Source: Cetorhinus maximus | Lineage: Eukaryota | Direction: 5' to 3' | Assembly: GCF_964194155.1 (NCBI RefSeq) | Contig: NC_135898.1 | Location: forward strand, 34,162,001-34,226,000 | DNA length: 64,000 nt | Shown: in pieces, positions 13,191 through 27,029 of the stretch | Numbering within the stretch: position 1 is the stretch's first letter | How the letters are laid out: each line of letters starts with the position of its first letter | The notes under the pieces: model-generated | Databases searched by the model: none | Told to the model about the DNA's origin: nothing | Seen by the model: only the letters and a program-made list of their open reading frames with translations | Translations under genes and position numbers: made by a program

Positions 13191-13931
13191 TACAACATTG
13201 CTTGTGGATATCATTTGTTCAGCTGTTCTTTTAAAAAAAAATTGAGAATGTTTGGAGTCTTGCACGGAAAAACCCTTGAATTTGCCTACTGATACCAGAT
13301 TCCTCCAAGAATGAAAGGGATACCATGAAACATCTTACTGACAGAAACAATTCACTCTCTCCTTGTCCCCTTTCAAGAGCTTTGCACAGCTATTTATAAG
13401 AAATTGAAAGCATCACTAATAACTATGAGCAAACAGCATTGAGCAACGTAAAAATAAAGGGTGTACAATATAATTAAAACTTCTGACACAAGGTTTTTCA
13501 AACACCAATTAACTGAAATGGCTACTGGGCTAAAATAGATTTAGATTTCAATTACTTGTTTAGTAAGATAAATTTCTCTTCAAGTGAAACAAATCACTGA
13601 AAATGGAAGCCACAGTAAACTAACTTCAGACTACTTAGCGGGCAGCCAAAACAGAATGTTACAGCAGAGGAGACGGCAACTCGGTCCATCGTTCATGTCC
13701 CAGCTCTTTGAAAAAGCAGTTCAATTAGTCGCATTTCACAGCTCTTTTCCCAGAACCCAGTAAAAATAGTTAGTGTTGTATGAAGTGAAGCAGTGGGACA
13801 AAATGTTAATTGCAATGGTGAGCGAGGTCTTATAGCAGAAAACTATCAAATATTCAGTTCAAGATTTATTTATAGGAAAAAAATAGCAAATAAGGAATCG
13901 GACTTATCATGAACGCTGAACTTTACAAGAC

Positions 13932-15006
13932 CGTTATGTTTTGAAATGTACCTTTAACTCAAGTAAACAGAAAATTCTGGATAAATAGCTCAACTCAGAG
14001 ACATACTCATGTGATCTAGCTGTTACAGGGCGAGAAGCTCAAACAGAAACCCACTGAAGCGTGACAACCTTTGACCCAGAAGCAGGAACACTAAGGAAAA
14101 TATGTAATTACTTGAAAATGTTTGGGGAATCTTAGTTTTTTTTTTAAATGTTTGAAAAGGGACTAAGAGTTATCTTAAAGGGATCAACTATAATTTCTGG
14201 ATAAGGAGGAGTTCTGGCCCATGTGACCTGGTGACCCATTACCTGGAAGCAGTATCAACAGGAAGGAAGTTAAAATACCGAGACTGCGTGGCTCACAGAC
14301 AGACAGACAAAACAAATAAAAGAACCAAATTTGTATGAGAAACAAAGCTTTCTACCAAAAGGTCTGTCTTCTGTTTGGCAGTAAGAAAAAAAAACAGAAT
14401 TCCACAAGCTCTTGGGGAAGTGATGTACAAGCGACTTAAAAGGCACTGAATCCTAAACGTGGTGTAAATAGCTTAGACATGTGAAAGAATCGAGAGTTGA
14501 TATCAGAGGCCCAGGTTGTGAACCGGGTATTGTTGGCTGGTTGAAATGGGACTCTGCAAATGTATGTCATCAGGACCGACATGACTGGAGTAAGAGGGGA
14601 TTCACAGACATTTACCTTGTTAGGATTAACCTGGACCTCAGATGGAATACGACTACTGGTGAACGCGACTCAAGGGCCACATCGGTTGAGTGGGAAAATG
14701 GGAGATCCTAAGTACTCTAGAGGCTGAGTTAGAGAACTTTGGAATTGCATGTGGTGGCACATGTGTTGGGGGGAGTGATGTGGGTGCTTTTGGTTTTTAA
14801 GACATAGTTTTGTGGTACCACCTATTTAAAGAAAAATTTACCCTTTTTATTTGAAGTATCATTTGCCTGTTAATTCATTTAATTTACATTAATTCTGATT
14901 CATGTTGAAGTACAAGTTACAAAAAGTGAAATCTTGTTGATAGTTTCTTCATGGTGTGGTGGTTCATTCAGTAAATTTGGTTATTTTAGCCCACAGGCTC
15001 CTAACA
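13932..15006. mobile_element. Possible solo LTR (about 1.1 kb)
   Basis: Begins CGTTATG and ends CCTAACA, and sits between old CR1 fragments. I found no convincing TSD. Confidence 0.3.
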
Positions 15007-15560
15007 GGCTGCATTAGCAGAGGGATTGAATCCAAGTCTAAACAATCTGTATTTTTGGTGTATAAGATGCTGGTCAGGCCCGATCATGAGTGTGTATAAA
15101 TATAATCTAATTGTGGGAAGAACGCAGAAGTGAGAAACAGGAGTGACTGAATATCAAGATGATAGGTCAAGGAAATCAAGCTCATTTTCTTGACAAAGGA
15201 GGAGGTTGTGAAGCAATCGATTTAAAGAAGAAGGATAAACAGATAATCCATGCAAGTTATTCATTGTAATGAAAATGGTTCAAATACCTAAGAACACTGG
15301 GGGTGGAGGGGGCAGGAGTAAGAGAATGGTAAGCTCTATAATCAAGGGAAACGGAGTGGCATTTTCCTGCCCAGAGTAATAGAGCTGTGAAAGATTTGAG
15401 GAAAATCACTGGAAAGCATCCAAAACAACCACTGCAGTTACAGAGGCATTAATTATGCATGACATACAAAGACTTCTGAACCTGAGGAGATGGAGTACAA
15501 GGAGTCGGGGATGAGAGTGGCTGAAAACAAAAAGGTCTGAAAATTTTTTCTGACAAGGAA
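15007..15560 (+). mobile_element. Old CR1 3' fragments
   Basis: GCISRGIE and YKMLVRP-like motifs, followed by degenerate CR1 3' sequence. Confidence 0.5.
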
Positions 15561-16659
15561 TCATGTACACTTATGGTGCAAAGCAGCAAAGTGACTGCAT
15601 CATGAGGGGCCAGCAAATGATTGTACTTATGACCTGTAGTGAAATGCAAATGGTTCTAGGCCACTTCAAATGGGTGAAATTATTAGACTTCAAGTGGGTA
15701 GAAACACTAGCTTCCCCTTTTAATAAAAACAAAGTGCCGGAAATACTGAACTCATATTTGATTCGAAACATTTAAATGTTTCTCTCTCCACAGATGCTGC
15801 CAAGTCTGTTGAATATTTTTTATGCTTAGTTTTTATTTAAGATTTCCAGCATTCACAGTTTTTGTTTTTATTTCAATTTTCCCTTAACCTTCTAGACTGT
15901 GGACCAATGCATTTGTACAAAATCACCAGTGAACTCAACATTTCAACATCACAGCTTGTCATGCAGTTAGTACATGTAATACAGGATGGAGTCCATACTA
16001 AAATCAACATGACCTTGCTGGATTATGTACATCATAGGCAGGGAAGCTTCAGTAAGGAGGTAGGATATCCACCACCCACGAGCTAAAATTCTGAAAATTC
16101 TCAGTTCATCACCTATGAATATAAGGTAATTCAGTCCTAGTCAAAGCAACTAAAGTTCAGGATATGACTCTTCCTTAGTTCCTTGGAATTTTCTCTCAAC
16201 TTGATTTTAAATACAATTCCCAATTTACAAAAATAAACAAAGATCAAATTCATCTCAAAATCCAACTATTTGATGCAATGAGACAGGACCAGACAGACTG
16301 AAGCCATTTATCTAAGTTAATAACAGACCAAATCAATTTCTGCATGGTTGATCATACCTCTTCTCATGTGTTATTGCCTCCCCACCCACCATCACACATT
16401 TATTTACTTGAAGGTTGCAGTCAAGATCCTGAAGGCCTAGCAATCTATCCACTTGTCTCACGAGTCAGGAAGTTCCCAGGTTCAATTATTTATCTCTGCT
16501 GAACTGACTGACTTGAACAGATTCAGTGAAACTATGCTACAGCCAAGAACCAACACAGTTTGATGCAAGACTGGAGGAATGAGGGTATCCATATTCTCGA
16601 ACAGTATATCATTCCTCACTTACAATATCAAAATATCACTAGGCTGATCATAGACCTAT

Positions 16660-17754
16660 GCTCATAAGACAGTGCATGGAATCCCCTTAAACAGAGAGAA
16701 GGGTCCCCAAGTATTGACATGACAATCCCAGGCCAGCTTCAAAAACAGAGAGCCTTGTGCATCCATTGCAATGGCCGGCCTGGTACAGACCCCCACCCAT
16801 CCGCACTCTGTCTGCGGTTTGCAGATGATGTGGATTCTTTTTCTATAGAAATTAAACCCCAAGCTACATTCACACTCACATGATCAAGACACTCTAAAAA
16901 CAAACAATGAAGTTTCACTTACCAGTCCCCTGTCTGCCTGCCCCTCTCCACAGCCCAGGGCTTGCAGAGTGAAGTCGAGCATACAGCTGCCCTGAGTAGC
17001 ATTTTAAACGTTAACTGGGTATTCATAAACCTCTCCTGTGCCCAATAATGCAGGGCCATGGGCCGGGGAGAGGCAGACTCTCTCTCTCTGCTGGCTGCTG
17101 CCCACAAAGACACTGCCTCAATACAGGCAGCGCCCCGGTCCTGCTCCTAGCCTCATTACTAGTGAGGATTTTCCAGGCTAAGACTCTCTCCTCCTTGCTT
17201 TGGCCACTTGGAGGCACCGGCAGCCAAGGAGCTGCCAGACATCCCGCTCCAGGTCCTCACTCTGGGTTTCAGGCCGTCTCTTGCCTTCTCTTTCTCTTAT
17301 TCAGCTTCTTCTCTTCCGAGTTACAGAGGATGTCTGACTGGCTGTTAGGCATCTGGTCAAAGCAATTGGTCTCCTGCATGACGGTGATGGGACCAGTGCC
17401 AGCTCCACCAATTACAGGTTCCCTCCCTCCAGCACTTGCTGCTCCTCCACTCATAGATTCGGTCACCAGAGGAGCAATAAAAGCACGAGAGAAAACCTGT
17501 AAATGGAAGAGTTGGAGTAGCGAGCTTGGAAGAGACAGAATCTGTGATTGGAATAGCAGCTCATTACAGGTTCTGTTACTACCATGCTCACTGCTCCGCA
17601 TTATTTTCCCATTCTCACTGATGCTTGCACTTTCAATTGTTCAGCCCTGTCTGGTCTACAGAGGAGGCGGATGTCGGGAGATATATTTAGAATGGCAGAA
17701 TTCCAAAATCCAGATGTCAGAAAGCTGCCAAACAGCAGAAATTTCTCATCCCTG
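16660..17754 (-). mobile_element. Possible hAT transposon end with remnants of a spliced internal gene
   Basis: Minus strand starts CAGGGATGAGAAATTT at 17754, similar to the Ac/Ds-type TIR CAGGGATGAAA. The interior is GC-richer and has an acceptor (17497), a donor (16922) and a second acceptor near 16843. The partner TIR was not found. Confidence 0.35.
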
Positions 17755-18029
17755 AAGGAGTTTCTTTCACAGCAGTTGATAGTACAAGTGGATTCAAAAG
17801 ATAATTCAATACATCTCAGCAGAAAGAACTCAGAAAAAGTTCATGAGGTCCATCCAGAGTGTATTGTCTTATTATGGCCAAATAACAAGACAATAAACAC
17901 TCTTACATTCTTAATAAGTTAATAAAATCTTACATTCTTAATTCTGAATGAATTAAACTCAACTTAGTTGTGTAAAACAGCTTCATATGTACACAAAACT
18001 GGCATTCAAGCTGTAGGTTTATACCAGCT

Positions 18030-18550
18030 GTTAGCCAAGCCTCATTAAGAGCACTCACCTGAGTTCGATGATCTGAGGTTCAAGTCCCACTGCAGAGACT
18101 TGGAACACACAGTCTAGGACAACACTCCAGTGCAGTACTGCGGGAGTACTGCACCATCAGTTTTGGATTAGACATTAGATCCCCACTCCAGCTCTCCCAG
18201 GGTTCCATCCAAGCTGCACAACTGTACAGCAACCCAAATGTTCCAGCACAGGCATACACAAGTCAGCTCCTTTAAGCAGCCGTATATATGTGGGGTTATG
18301 CAAAAAAACTTAAAGGGTCCGCACATGCCAAAGAAAATTAGAGGGTATGTTGGTGTGGGGTGTAAAGATCCCATGGCACTATATAAAGACAACTGGAGGA
18401 AATTCCACCAGCATCTTGATCAATATTTCTCGCAATGAACATCACTAAAATGATTTAGTTGACGATTTCTCTCATTGCTGTTCGGAGTTCTTGCTGTGCA
18501 CAAATTTGCATATGCATTTGTCCACATGTCAGGTGTACTTCAGAACAGTC
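18030..18550 (+). mobile_element. DeuSINE-like SINE, interrupted at about 18170-18360
   Basis: GGTTCAAGTCCCACT B-box and CTCCAGTGCAGTACTG.GGGAGT.CTGCAC, resuming with GTAAAGATCCCATGGCACTAT. Confidence 0.6.
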
Positions 18551-21500
18551 CCAAGGATATGAATTGTGCTGTGTATCCGCAGGTTCTAGCTTCTTATAAA
18601 AAAGATAGCCAAGAGAATGATTGATCCACAATGATATTGAAGTCCATATATATATTATGCCATTTCTCACCAGGCCACAAGGAGATTCCACAGGTCAGTG
18701 TCACCACAAGGTCTATTCTAGATTGTATATTCTCAGAATCTACGGTGATGCAAATACTGTGGAACACGAGCCTCATGTTGACAGAGCTCATCAGTTACTG
18801 ACTGTACACCTAGCTAAACATAGCCTGAAGCCTTGTCCTTCTGTCAATTGTAGAGGCTAATGTTACTTGCAGATGTTCCCAACACTATACATCAAAATAC
18901 ACAACACAGACAAACAGGCAGTCTATGAACAGTTTGTAACCAAAATTGCGCCAGCATATTTCTAGAATTCAAGCAGGGGGAGATGATATATGCATCATCG
19001 AAACTTAAAATGTTCAAAAAGTAATTTGGAAAGAATGATTATATTTTTAGCAACAAATCCATCAGGCAGAAAGGATTATTCTCAAACTTTTCTATTAGAT
19101 CTGGTGTTAAGTTAAATATCCCATTACTCCCTTCTTCCAAGAGTAATAGATTTGTCTGCATACAAAGAAAGACACTGGGACTGCTGCAGAGAGCAAAAAA
19201 CCTCAATGTTAGAGTGCAAGAGAAAACAAGCACAAAGGAGAGTGCGAGCGAGATAATGAGATGTTTATCCTAAAGGTATGGTCTTAATATTTTTGATAAT
19301 ACTGTTTGGCTCAATACAACCCTATTTGTATTTGACTCAATACAAAGAGCTACAGTATAAGGAGACACTGAATACCTGCATGATTCACAATGATAACGAT
19401 CAAAGACTTATTGGTCCAACAAGTCATGATTTTGCTCCAAGGAAATTAATTAACGGTACACACCCATGGATAGCACATCATGAACTAAACACAATGCCAA
19501 TTTCAATGTACGTTAGTATCTACCTAAACCAGTTAATCAATTATTTCATTGTTGAAAAAATTACTTTTGCCAATACCCATTATTTTTGAATTAGAGTTGG
19601 ACCTGAAGACAGAATCATGATAGGCTTTGAGATTGCTCACGTCAACATCACCAGATGGATGTGTGCCCCGAGAGTGATTCAGAACTATACATTATTCTCA
19701 CTCAGAATAGCTGTTCTATTTTTCCTACAACTTTGTAGCAATACTAAAAGCAAACTAAGAGCACATTTAGTATCTCACCCACAATCTCAATATAAACCAA
19801 ATTCTCAGGTGAAAAGGGTGATGTGCAGCCTTATTGTCCAGAACCACTTTACAAAGCAATTTTGCCTGTTCAAACTAACCAGCTCATAGGGTACTTTAGC
19901 AACAGGCATTAAATGGTGGCATAAAGATACATGCATGGCCAGCTTGAATTCTTCAGATAGATGATCTTGTATTAACTCTCAGGGCTTCCTCAGAAAATAT
20001 TGCTGCTACAGAGGAATTGCTAAATATTTCTTTAACCACTGTGCAAATATTAGTTATGTAAATCCCCAATTTGACTGCAGCACCTTGCTACCTGCAACAG
20101 GCCCAAATGGTCAAAGAATGAACCAAAAACAAAAACATCTAATTAACTTAGTCTTGCAGTTGACATACATCTGACTTGTCCATGCAATACAAAAGTAGAA
20201 TTCTCAAAAATCACTCAATGAAGTCACCCATGGAAACTTCTAATACCGCAAATAATTTTCTCCCCAACAAAGGCAAGCCCATCGGTCAAGCACCACTAGT
20301 TTGCTTTCTGCTTCCTAACTGCAGTTGGATCCAAATGATTTTTGGGCTCCAGTAAATGCATGGCCAAGACCCTGCACTCCCTGTTAATATGGCAACACCT
20401 TGTTAAAAACAATTGCTCGTTAAACAGGAGACAGGCATTGATTATCCCATCTAAACAGAATAAAAAGATATAGCTGGAACACTGTGTGGAAGCTACTTGG
20501 AAGCCAGTAGCACTGAATCTTGAGTCTTGAAAATAAACCAGCTTGAACCAAAAGACCTACCTGGATTAATTCTTCCACCACAACCTCTTGTGATTAACAT
20601 TCCCAATGCATGCACCAACCCATAGCCTCTAATTCCTTTCCCTTCCAACACCAGCACTGTCCTTGTTTCTGGAGCAAGAACAACACTGTCCTTGTTCCTG
20701 AAGTGCTCACTGCCCTGGTTCTCCCCATCACTCCAAGATCCACCCCAATGCTCCAAGTACTCTGTTTCTAGAGTGCTCTTAAGGCTCAGATTTCCTAGAT
20801 TGCATTCCCCAAAATAGCCAAAGGCCCAAAAAACCTCTCGACTGCCACTTGCCATGCACCAACCCCACACCCTCACCCCACTCCTGGTAATGCCAGGACT
20901 CCCCTTTCTAATTATTTCCCAGTCAACAATTTCTCCTGTGTGTCCATTCCCTGACAGCTTCTCAGTCTACTGACAGTAATTACCTTTACTTGGTACACCT
21001 CACTTCATAAGCTTGTGCTTCTGGCTTTGGAAATATTAATTTCACTGTTACATAGATGAATCAATACATGCAAGGGCCGTTTACATTAATAACAAATCAG
21101 TGAGAATGGAACAGTTAAAGAAACTGATATTTGGGGGGGTGGGGGGTAGGTGTCAATGAGAGGAAAGCGCAGAAAAAATTAGCAGGAAAGAACAAGATAG
21201 ACACAAAAGAGACACTTTTTAATCTTCCTCTGCAAACATCTTGGGAAAGGAGCCAGTCATAAAAAGTAACTTGAACATAGACACAAGATTATTCTAATGC
21301 AGCCACACAGAGGAGCCAAAATGGACTTTAGCAGCTTTCCACAGCAAGGGGCAGCTGAAAAAAAAACTTGTTACTTGGATGAGACAAATGTTTTTGGACT
21401 GCAGTTATAATATCTGGCGAGTTGACAAGCGTGAACAGTATGTTGGGGAACAAACCACCGGCCTCCCGAAAACAAAGTTCAGGAAGAAAGAAGACACATG

Positions 21501-23479
21501 TGCTTGGACAGGATTAACAACTGTGAGCCTCAAGAGTCTCTGTAGCTATCATCAAGAAACGGAGTGGAAAATACACTGCACTGAATATGAGAGAGAAGTA
21601 TATTATGTCTAATGAATGTATTTACAGTAATGTTTCTGGGCATCTTCATGTTTGTAGAAGTTGAGTTTATGTCAGCTAAAAGAACAGTGATGCACAAACA
21701 TGAGCTCAGTGAACAAACCAGGAACTGAAACATTTCCAAACTTCAAGGTGGTTCTGTTGCTCCAAATAGACAATTTGACAGATTTCACAACGTTGAATGC
21801 CACCTCTCACTTATAACAAGGAAGAGGCACGCAAAGCAAACAGGATTGACTGAAACAGCTGCAAGTGAACAGACTTGTCATGACTTGTTTACAAAACATG
21901 TCTGAAATTGTGGAATGCTAACTTACTGATAATGGGAATCGCATCAAGTTAAAACACCCTTTGTGGGGCTGCAGTTCGGCTGGCTTTGCTGCAGCTCATG
22001 TAAACGAACAACTTCCTCAGGGTTAAGCATCAAATACCCTCACTATCTAAAACCAAAATTAAACTTATCTTGGCCTTCACTGGGTCAACTCTAAGTCTGA
22101 AACTAATGTCTCTTCATAAAAACACATGCAAATCCAAGGAGCAGTCCCGAATAAATACTGTTTAACAACTAACATCTGTGGAATTGAAAGCCAACGCCAA
22201 ATCCAATGCGTGTGTGGCGATTCCAGGAGCCTGTCCATCTCTGATCAGATTGCTGTATTTTCCCTGATTTCACTCACTGTTTAACAACTGAAATAACATA
22301 CCAGAGAAAAAAAATTATTTTTCTCCGCAATGGCAGCACTGTTTCCCTCTGGTTAGTTGACATTATCAGGGAGTCTCTGGGAGTTTGTCAATAGTTCTGG
22401 CTGGGGAGCCACCCACACACAGCATGTTTGCAAACCACTGGTATGCACCATGTAAAAAAAGAAATCCAATTATTAGGTTAACAAAAACAATGATTTAAAA
22501 CTGCACTCACAGAAAATCTCACACTCAAAAACCTTGCTACAATATTTATTTAGAAGTGAATTTAGAATTAGCCCATGTTGTTTTAATGGAACATGCATAG
22601 AATCATTCCTGCCAGCTACAGTATAACATGAAGCCATCCTGCAATATTCCAGGCTACAGTCATATATTGAAACCAAGTACCATATCCATTAAGCGTTAAT
22701 TATATTACAACAACTAAGCCTGATCTAGTTAAACCAGACATTAGACAGGCTACAGTGATTTGTTTCTTCTTGCTAAAGCTAGTAATCTGCTTCTTCATGT
22801 GCAAGTCAACCCATGCTGTGCATTTCCAGAATTCACGGTTTGCCATATATCACCGTTATGTTCAGTAATTGCACATCTACTTAATAAATCACACTGCAAT
22901 ATCTGGACTGCTTTGGGCCAAAATGTAATGAAATTGGCATTTCCCAAGAGTGTACAAACAAATCCTACACAGGGCTTCAGTGGGCAGAGATTTTGCAGCT
23001 CAACACATGTTCCTGTAACTTGAGATTCAGCAAATGATGGTTATCAACATGATGTTTAAATTTACTGTGTAAAAGGCATGGAGCTCCAATCAACAATACT
23101 GCTTATGCCAGCAGCTGGCCAGAGAGGGACCAACAGATGGTGAAAAGTTGTCACCAGGATTTCAGTACATCACTCTGTGAATATGAATTTTTATACTACG
23201 TTCACTTCAGCTCAGATCAACCACCAGCGGTACAATTATAGATTTCCAATTTCCACATTTGGGTGGTGTTTGGTAACCACACTTAAAGCTTGTAATAACA
23301 ACTCAATCAATGCTGGCTGAAGAAATGTGAGGTCATGAACTAAGAGCATCATAAAACTGGGGGAAAAAAGTAAAGTATCCATCCAGAATCAAAGTTTTAC
23401 AGTACAGGAGACTGATTAGCCTATCGAATCTCAGCCAGCTCTCAAAGAGCTACCACTTACTGCCATTCTGTAGCTGTTT

Positions 23480-23700
23480 GCCCACTTTCATTTAAAAATG
23501 TTTTCTCTTCTGTCATTTAGTCTCTTCTGCCTTCCACCTCAAAGACCTTTTCATGAGTTCCTTGCTCCCCTACCCTTTTTCCCTCCTCTGTATTTGGTTA
23601 AAATCTGTTACATGTTACATTTTTCCAGTTCTCAAACATCAAATCTTGTTCTCTCACCACAGATGCTGCCTGACCTGAGTAGTTAGAGCATTTGTTTTAA
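23480..23700 (+). mobile_element. Penelope-type 3' region with the hammerhead core deleted
   Basis: Pyrimidine-rich stretch, then TTTTCCAGTTCT..AAAC, then CACAGATGCTGCCTGACCTGAG. Confidence 0.5.
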
Positions 23701-25299
23701 TTGCTATTATTCTTAGTTCCAGTGGTGGCATGATCACCATTCCCAGCCTGTTACAATAAACACAATGGAGCATGCCCTGACTGGCAGTTTTGCTTGCAGT
23801 TAGTTCACAAGCAATATTAACAATCAAGTCTTTATTCACTTCCTCTCAGTGCCATTGTTACTGCTCTCACTTTCTCCATCATAATTGGTTCTATTGGTTT
23901 AAAAAAAAGCATAAAAATCAACCTAGTCTAAGCAGGACCACAAAATTTGCTATTTTGTATTACAAGTCTTATATGTAACGAACAATGCCTCATTATCACA
24001 CTTACTTTGAGTATCACAATATGTTGGTCTTGCCTGGACATTACTTCTAGCAATTGGTATTATAGACAGATTGCAATAAGTTCCTTTTAGCCCTCTCCGT
24101 GCACTCTCCAAGTTTTATATCCCAGGTTTAGTCTGCTTAGTTGTGACATTGCAGGCAATTTTTGATTTTAGATTTAAGTTTGTTAAAACTAAATTTCACT
24201 ACATTGTTGCTCTCTTTATGCATGTTTTATTTTTAACATTATGTAACTTTTGTTTCCAGTCAGCATGGCATAAGTTTTCTCCAAAATAAGTTACAAAAAG
24301 TATTTTCTGAATGTTTCCACCACAAGGTTATGGGTCTCAAGTTCCACTTGTGTATACAGTAGGTTACATTAAAACTTAATAATTGAAATCTCAGATGGGA
24401 TTAGGTGTTTCAGTAGCATTCAAACTCACCTCCCTTTCATGAGGCTATGTACAAGACTAACCTGCTGTGAAAAAGGCAAGAACCAAGAGTTTGAAAAATC
24501 TTGGGATCCAAGATATGGAACATGATCTTTGGAATATCTGTACTTGCGTTAAGTTGACTTAATTGTGCAGTTTCATAGTATTCACCTATGCAATCTACAC
24601 TTTGTGCCAATGGATACGAAAAAGACCTTGGAGAGAATTTATAGCAACAGAGAGATTAAGGAAAACAAATCTCATCAAGAGGAGGCAAGCAAGGTAGTGT
24701 TTGGTCTGAGAGGGCTACTTTATGTTTTAAAGTAAACTTTGAACAAAAAAGGGAGGGAAGATACCAGAACCACAGATATGTAGCATAACAACCCAAACTT
24801 TTTATTCAATACGCTGGATACTCCAGTATTGCAAAAATGAAAATGCTCCTCCAGTTACTCACAGCCACTATTTTTCACCTTGCCTTTCTTATTTAATTCC
24901 GTTCTCACCTACCAAGCTACCAGCAACTTTTAATCTAGATCACTTGGGTCAGTCTCTCATATTATACAATAATTCATGTCTAATAATGCTTCTTTAACAC
25001 TGATAACTTTTGCCAATTTTGGGCAGGGAAAATCAAGAGCAAAAATGTTGCACTTCTCGTGCAGTGAAAAAGTAATTCCACATAGGGAAAAGAAGTCTGA
25101 GAGACTGAATTCTGAGAGTTGGGCATCCAATTATAAGCAACATATCAGAGATAGTGGTGCAGTTGATAAATTTTAAACTGACTTTTGCATCAATTTCGAG
25201 TTGACAATTTATGAAACAAGTGATATCAATTACAAAAATGGTCACCATCAAGCAAAGTAGAAAGAACATTCAGAGACAAATTGTGGCTATAAAGGATAG

Positions 25300-25890
25300 G
25301 AATATAGCAGCAGTAGACTATTCAGCCCCTCACGTCTACTCCACCATGCAACTCCATTTACCCATATTTACTCCTTATACTTTGACATTCTCAGCTTTGA
25401 AATTTTCAATTGACCCCTAAGCCTCAACACATTTTTGACTACCCTTTGTGTGAACTACTCCTCACTGGCATCAGCATTGAACAGCCTAACTGGTTCTTGA
25501 CTTTCCCACCATAAGAATGAGTTTTTCGATCCACCCTATCAAATCCTTTAATTATCTTATACACCTCAAATCAGACCACCCCAAAATCTGCTACACTCAA
25601 AGGAATACAACCCGACTCTATACAGCTTTCCTCTTAATTAACCCTTTTAGCCCTGGTAATGTGTCCTCCTGAGGCAGGTGCCCAGAACTGAATGCAATAT
25701 GCCAGATATGGTCTAAGCAGAGCTTTATACAATTAAAGCATAAAGTCCACAGCTTTATATTCCAGCCCCCCTGAAATTTATACCACTATTCCATTAGCTT
25801 TTTTGATTTTTTTTTGTACTTATTGACTAGTTTTTGTGATTTCTGTAAATGGACCCTGAATCACTCTGCTTCTCCACAGTTCCTAGCTTC
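25300..25890 (-). mobile_element. CR1 3' fragment (old)
   Basis: GGTGCCCAGAACTGAATGCAATA..CAGATATGGTCTAAGCAGAGCTTTATA is the reverse complement of the LYKAL.RPxLxYC.QFW motif region. Confidence 0.7.
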
Positions 25891-26093
25891 AATGCACAAG
25901 GGGCAAAATAACAGCAACAATAGGTACAATGTTTAACTAAAACGAACTGAGGCTTACTTACATGAAACTAATTTCCCTATAATTCTAGTGAATAGTATTG
26001 GTTTTTTTTTTACATTTTTGTAGTCCAGTTTTGTTTTTAAAAAGTAAAGATCTTTTAGAAAGATCTCATCTCCCTGATCCCCCACCACCTCAC

Positions 26094-26302
26094 TGTTAAC
26101 AAGATCACAGTCGGTTGGTGAAGTCAAAACCAAGAGACAAGGAGCTTTTCTTCACTCAAGAGTTTATTGACTTTGTTCAGTCTCAACACTCCTCACACAC
26201 ACCCAGTGTCCCAGCTGTCCCCGATTTGGGTGTTCCAAGTACTTAATTAAACAATGCCCTTCACCTGTGTATCTTAGCAAAATAATTAATATACTATAAA
26301 CA
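26094..26302 (-). mobile_element. Solo LTR of the GalEa-like Copia family
   Basis: TG...CA ends with a 5-bp TSD CTCAC/CTGAC (one mismatch). The reverse complement aligns with the LTR at 60495-60639 (AAGATACACAGGT.AAGGG; GAGACTGAACAA.GTCAATAAACTCT; AAGAAAAGCTC; TTTTGACTTCACC). Confidence 0.85.
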
Positions 26303-26514
26303 CTGACCACCACTTGAATTTTTTTTGTGGATATATTAAAGTGAAGGATGTTTATACTGGGTCTGAAACTTTGCCCTGTTCAGGCATCGAGTTCAGCATG
26401 ACGCTCTCAAGTACAGAATAAACGTATTCTGCTCAATCCAAAAGCCTTATCCCCTTGTTCTTTCGAGTTATCAACAGTCACAGATTGCAACTCTTTTGAG
26501 TACAATCACAGTTC

Positions 26515-26600
26515 TTGGTTTCCGGGAGTGGGACATGAACCCACAACCCTCTGATTCAAAGGCGAGGGTGCTATGAACTGAGCCACAGCTGACACCTCCT
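26515..26600 (-). mobile_element. tRNA-derived SINE head (DeuSINE-like)
   Basis: Reverse complement is GTCAGCTGTGGCTCAGTTCATAGCACCCTCGCC..GGTTGTGGGTTCATGTCCCACTCC, the same head as at 50319. Confidence 0.7.
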
Positions 26601-26861
26601 TATCCCCTTGTAATGGCACTGCACATTTATGCAATAACATACACACACCTGACAGAGTTTTCATGCTTAAATTCATACAAAAAACTGCATCACCTTTAAC
26701 TATTCATAATTACATTTTTGGAAACAGAACAGGGATTTAAAACTAGAATTTATAATAGTAAAGTGCAACCAAGCCTTTTCAGTTTAAATAGATTCTTTAG
26801 GTAAAGGAATCAGTGATCACATTTGTATAAGTTGTCAGACCCAATTCAAAGAGGTACTTAC

Positions 26862-26934
26862 ATATTCCTTTACGTTTTTGGTTTTTACAGCTTTGTACGA
26901 AAAGTAAGCAGGATACAAGGTCCCAAATACAAGG
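26862..26934 (-). CDS. REEP3: REEP3-like coding exon 2 ([25 protein letters not shown])
   Basis: Acceptor ttttttaacAG, 73-nt exon, donor GTAAGT. The phase matches exon 1 (GT+C = Val). The peptide is the conserved REEP1-4 N-terminal segment. Confidence 0.95.
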
Positions 26935-27029
26935 CTGTTAAAAAAGGAAAAACAGTTAGAAGATACATAGTACATATAACTCAGAGTTATACACACATGC
27001 ACCGAAGTAATGGTAATTAGCTGTAGTCC

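Noticed and set aside
17048-17755. 235-aa plus-strand ORF, the longest not clearly assigned to a LINE
   Set aside because: Leu/Ser-rich with no recognisable domain. It is antisense to the exon-like or hAT-like segment and probably a shadow ORF of GC-richer DNA.
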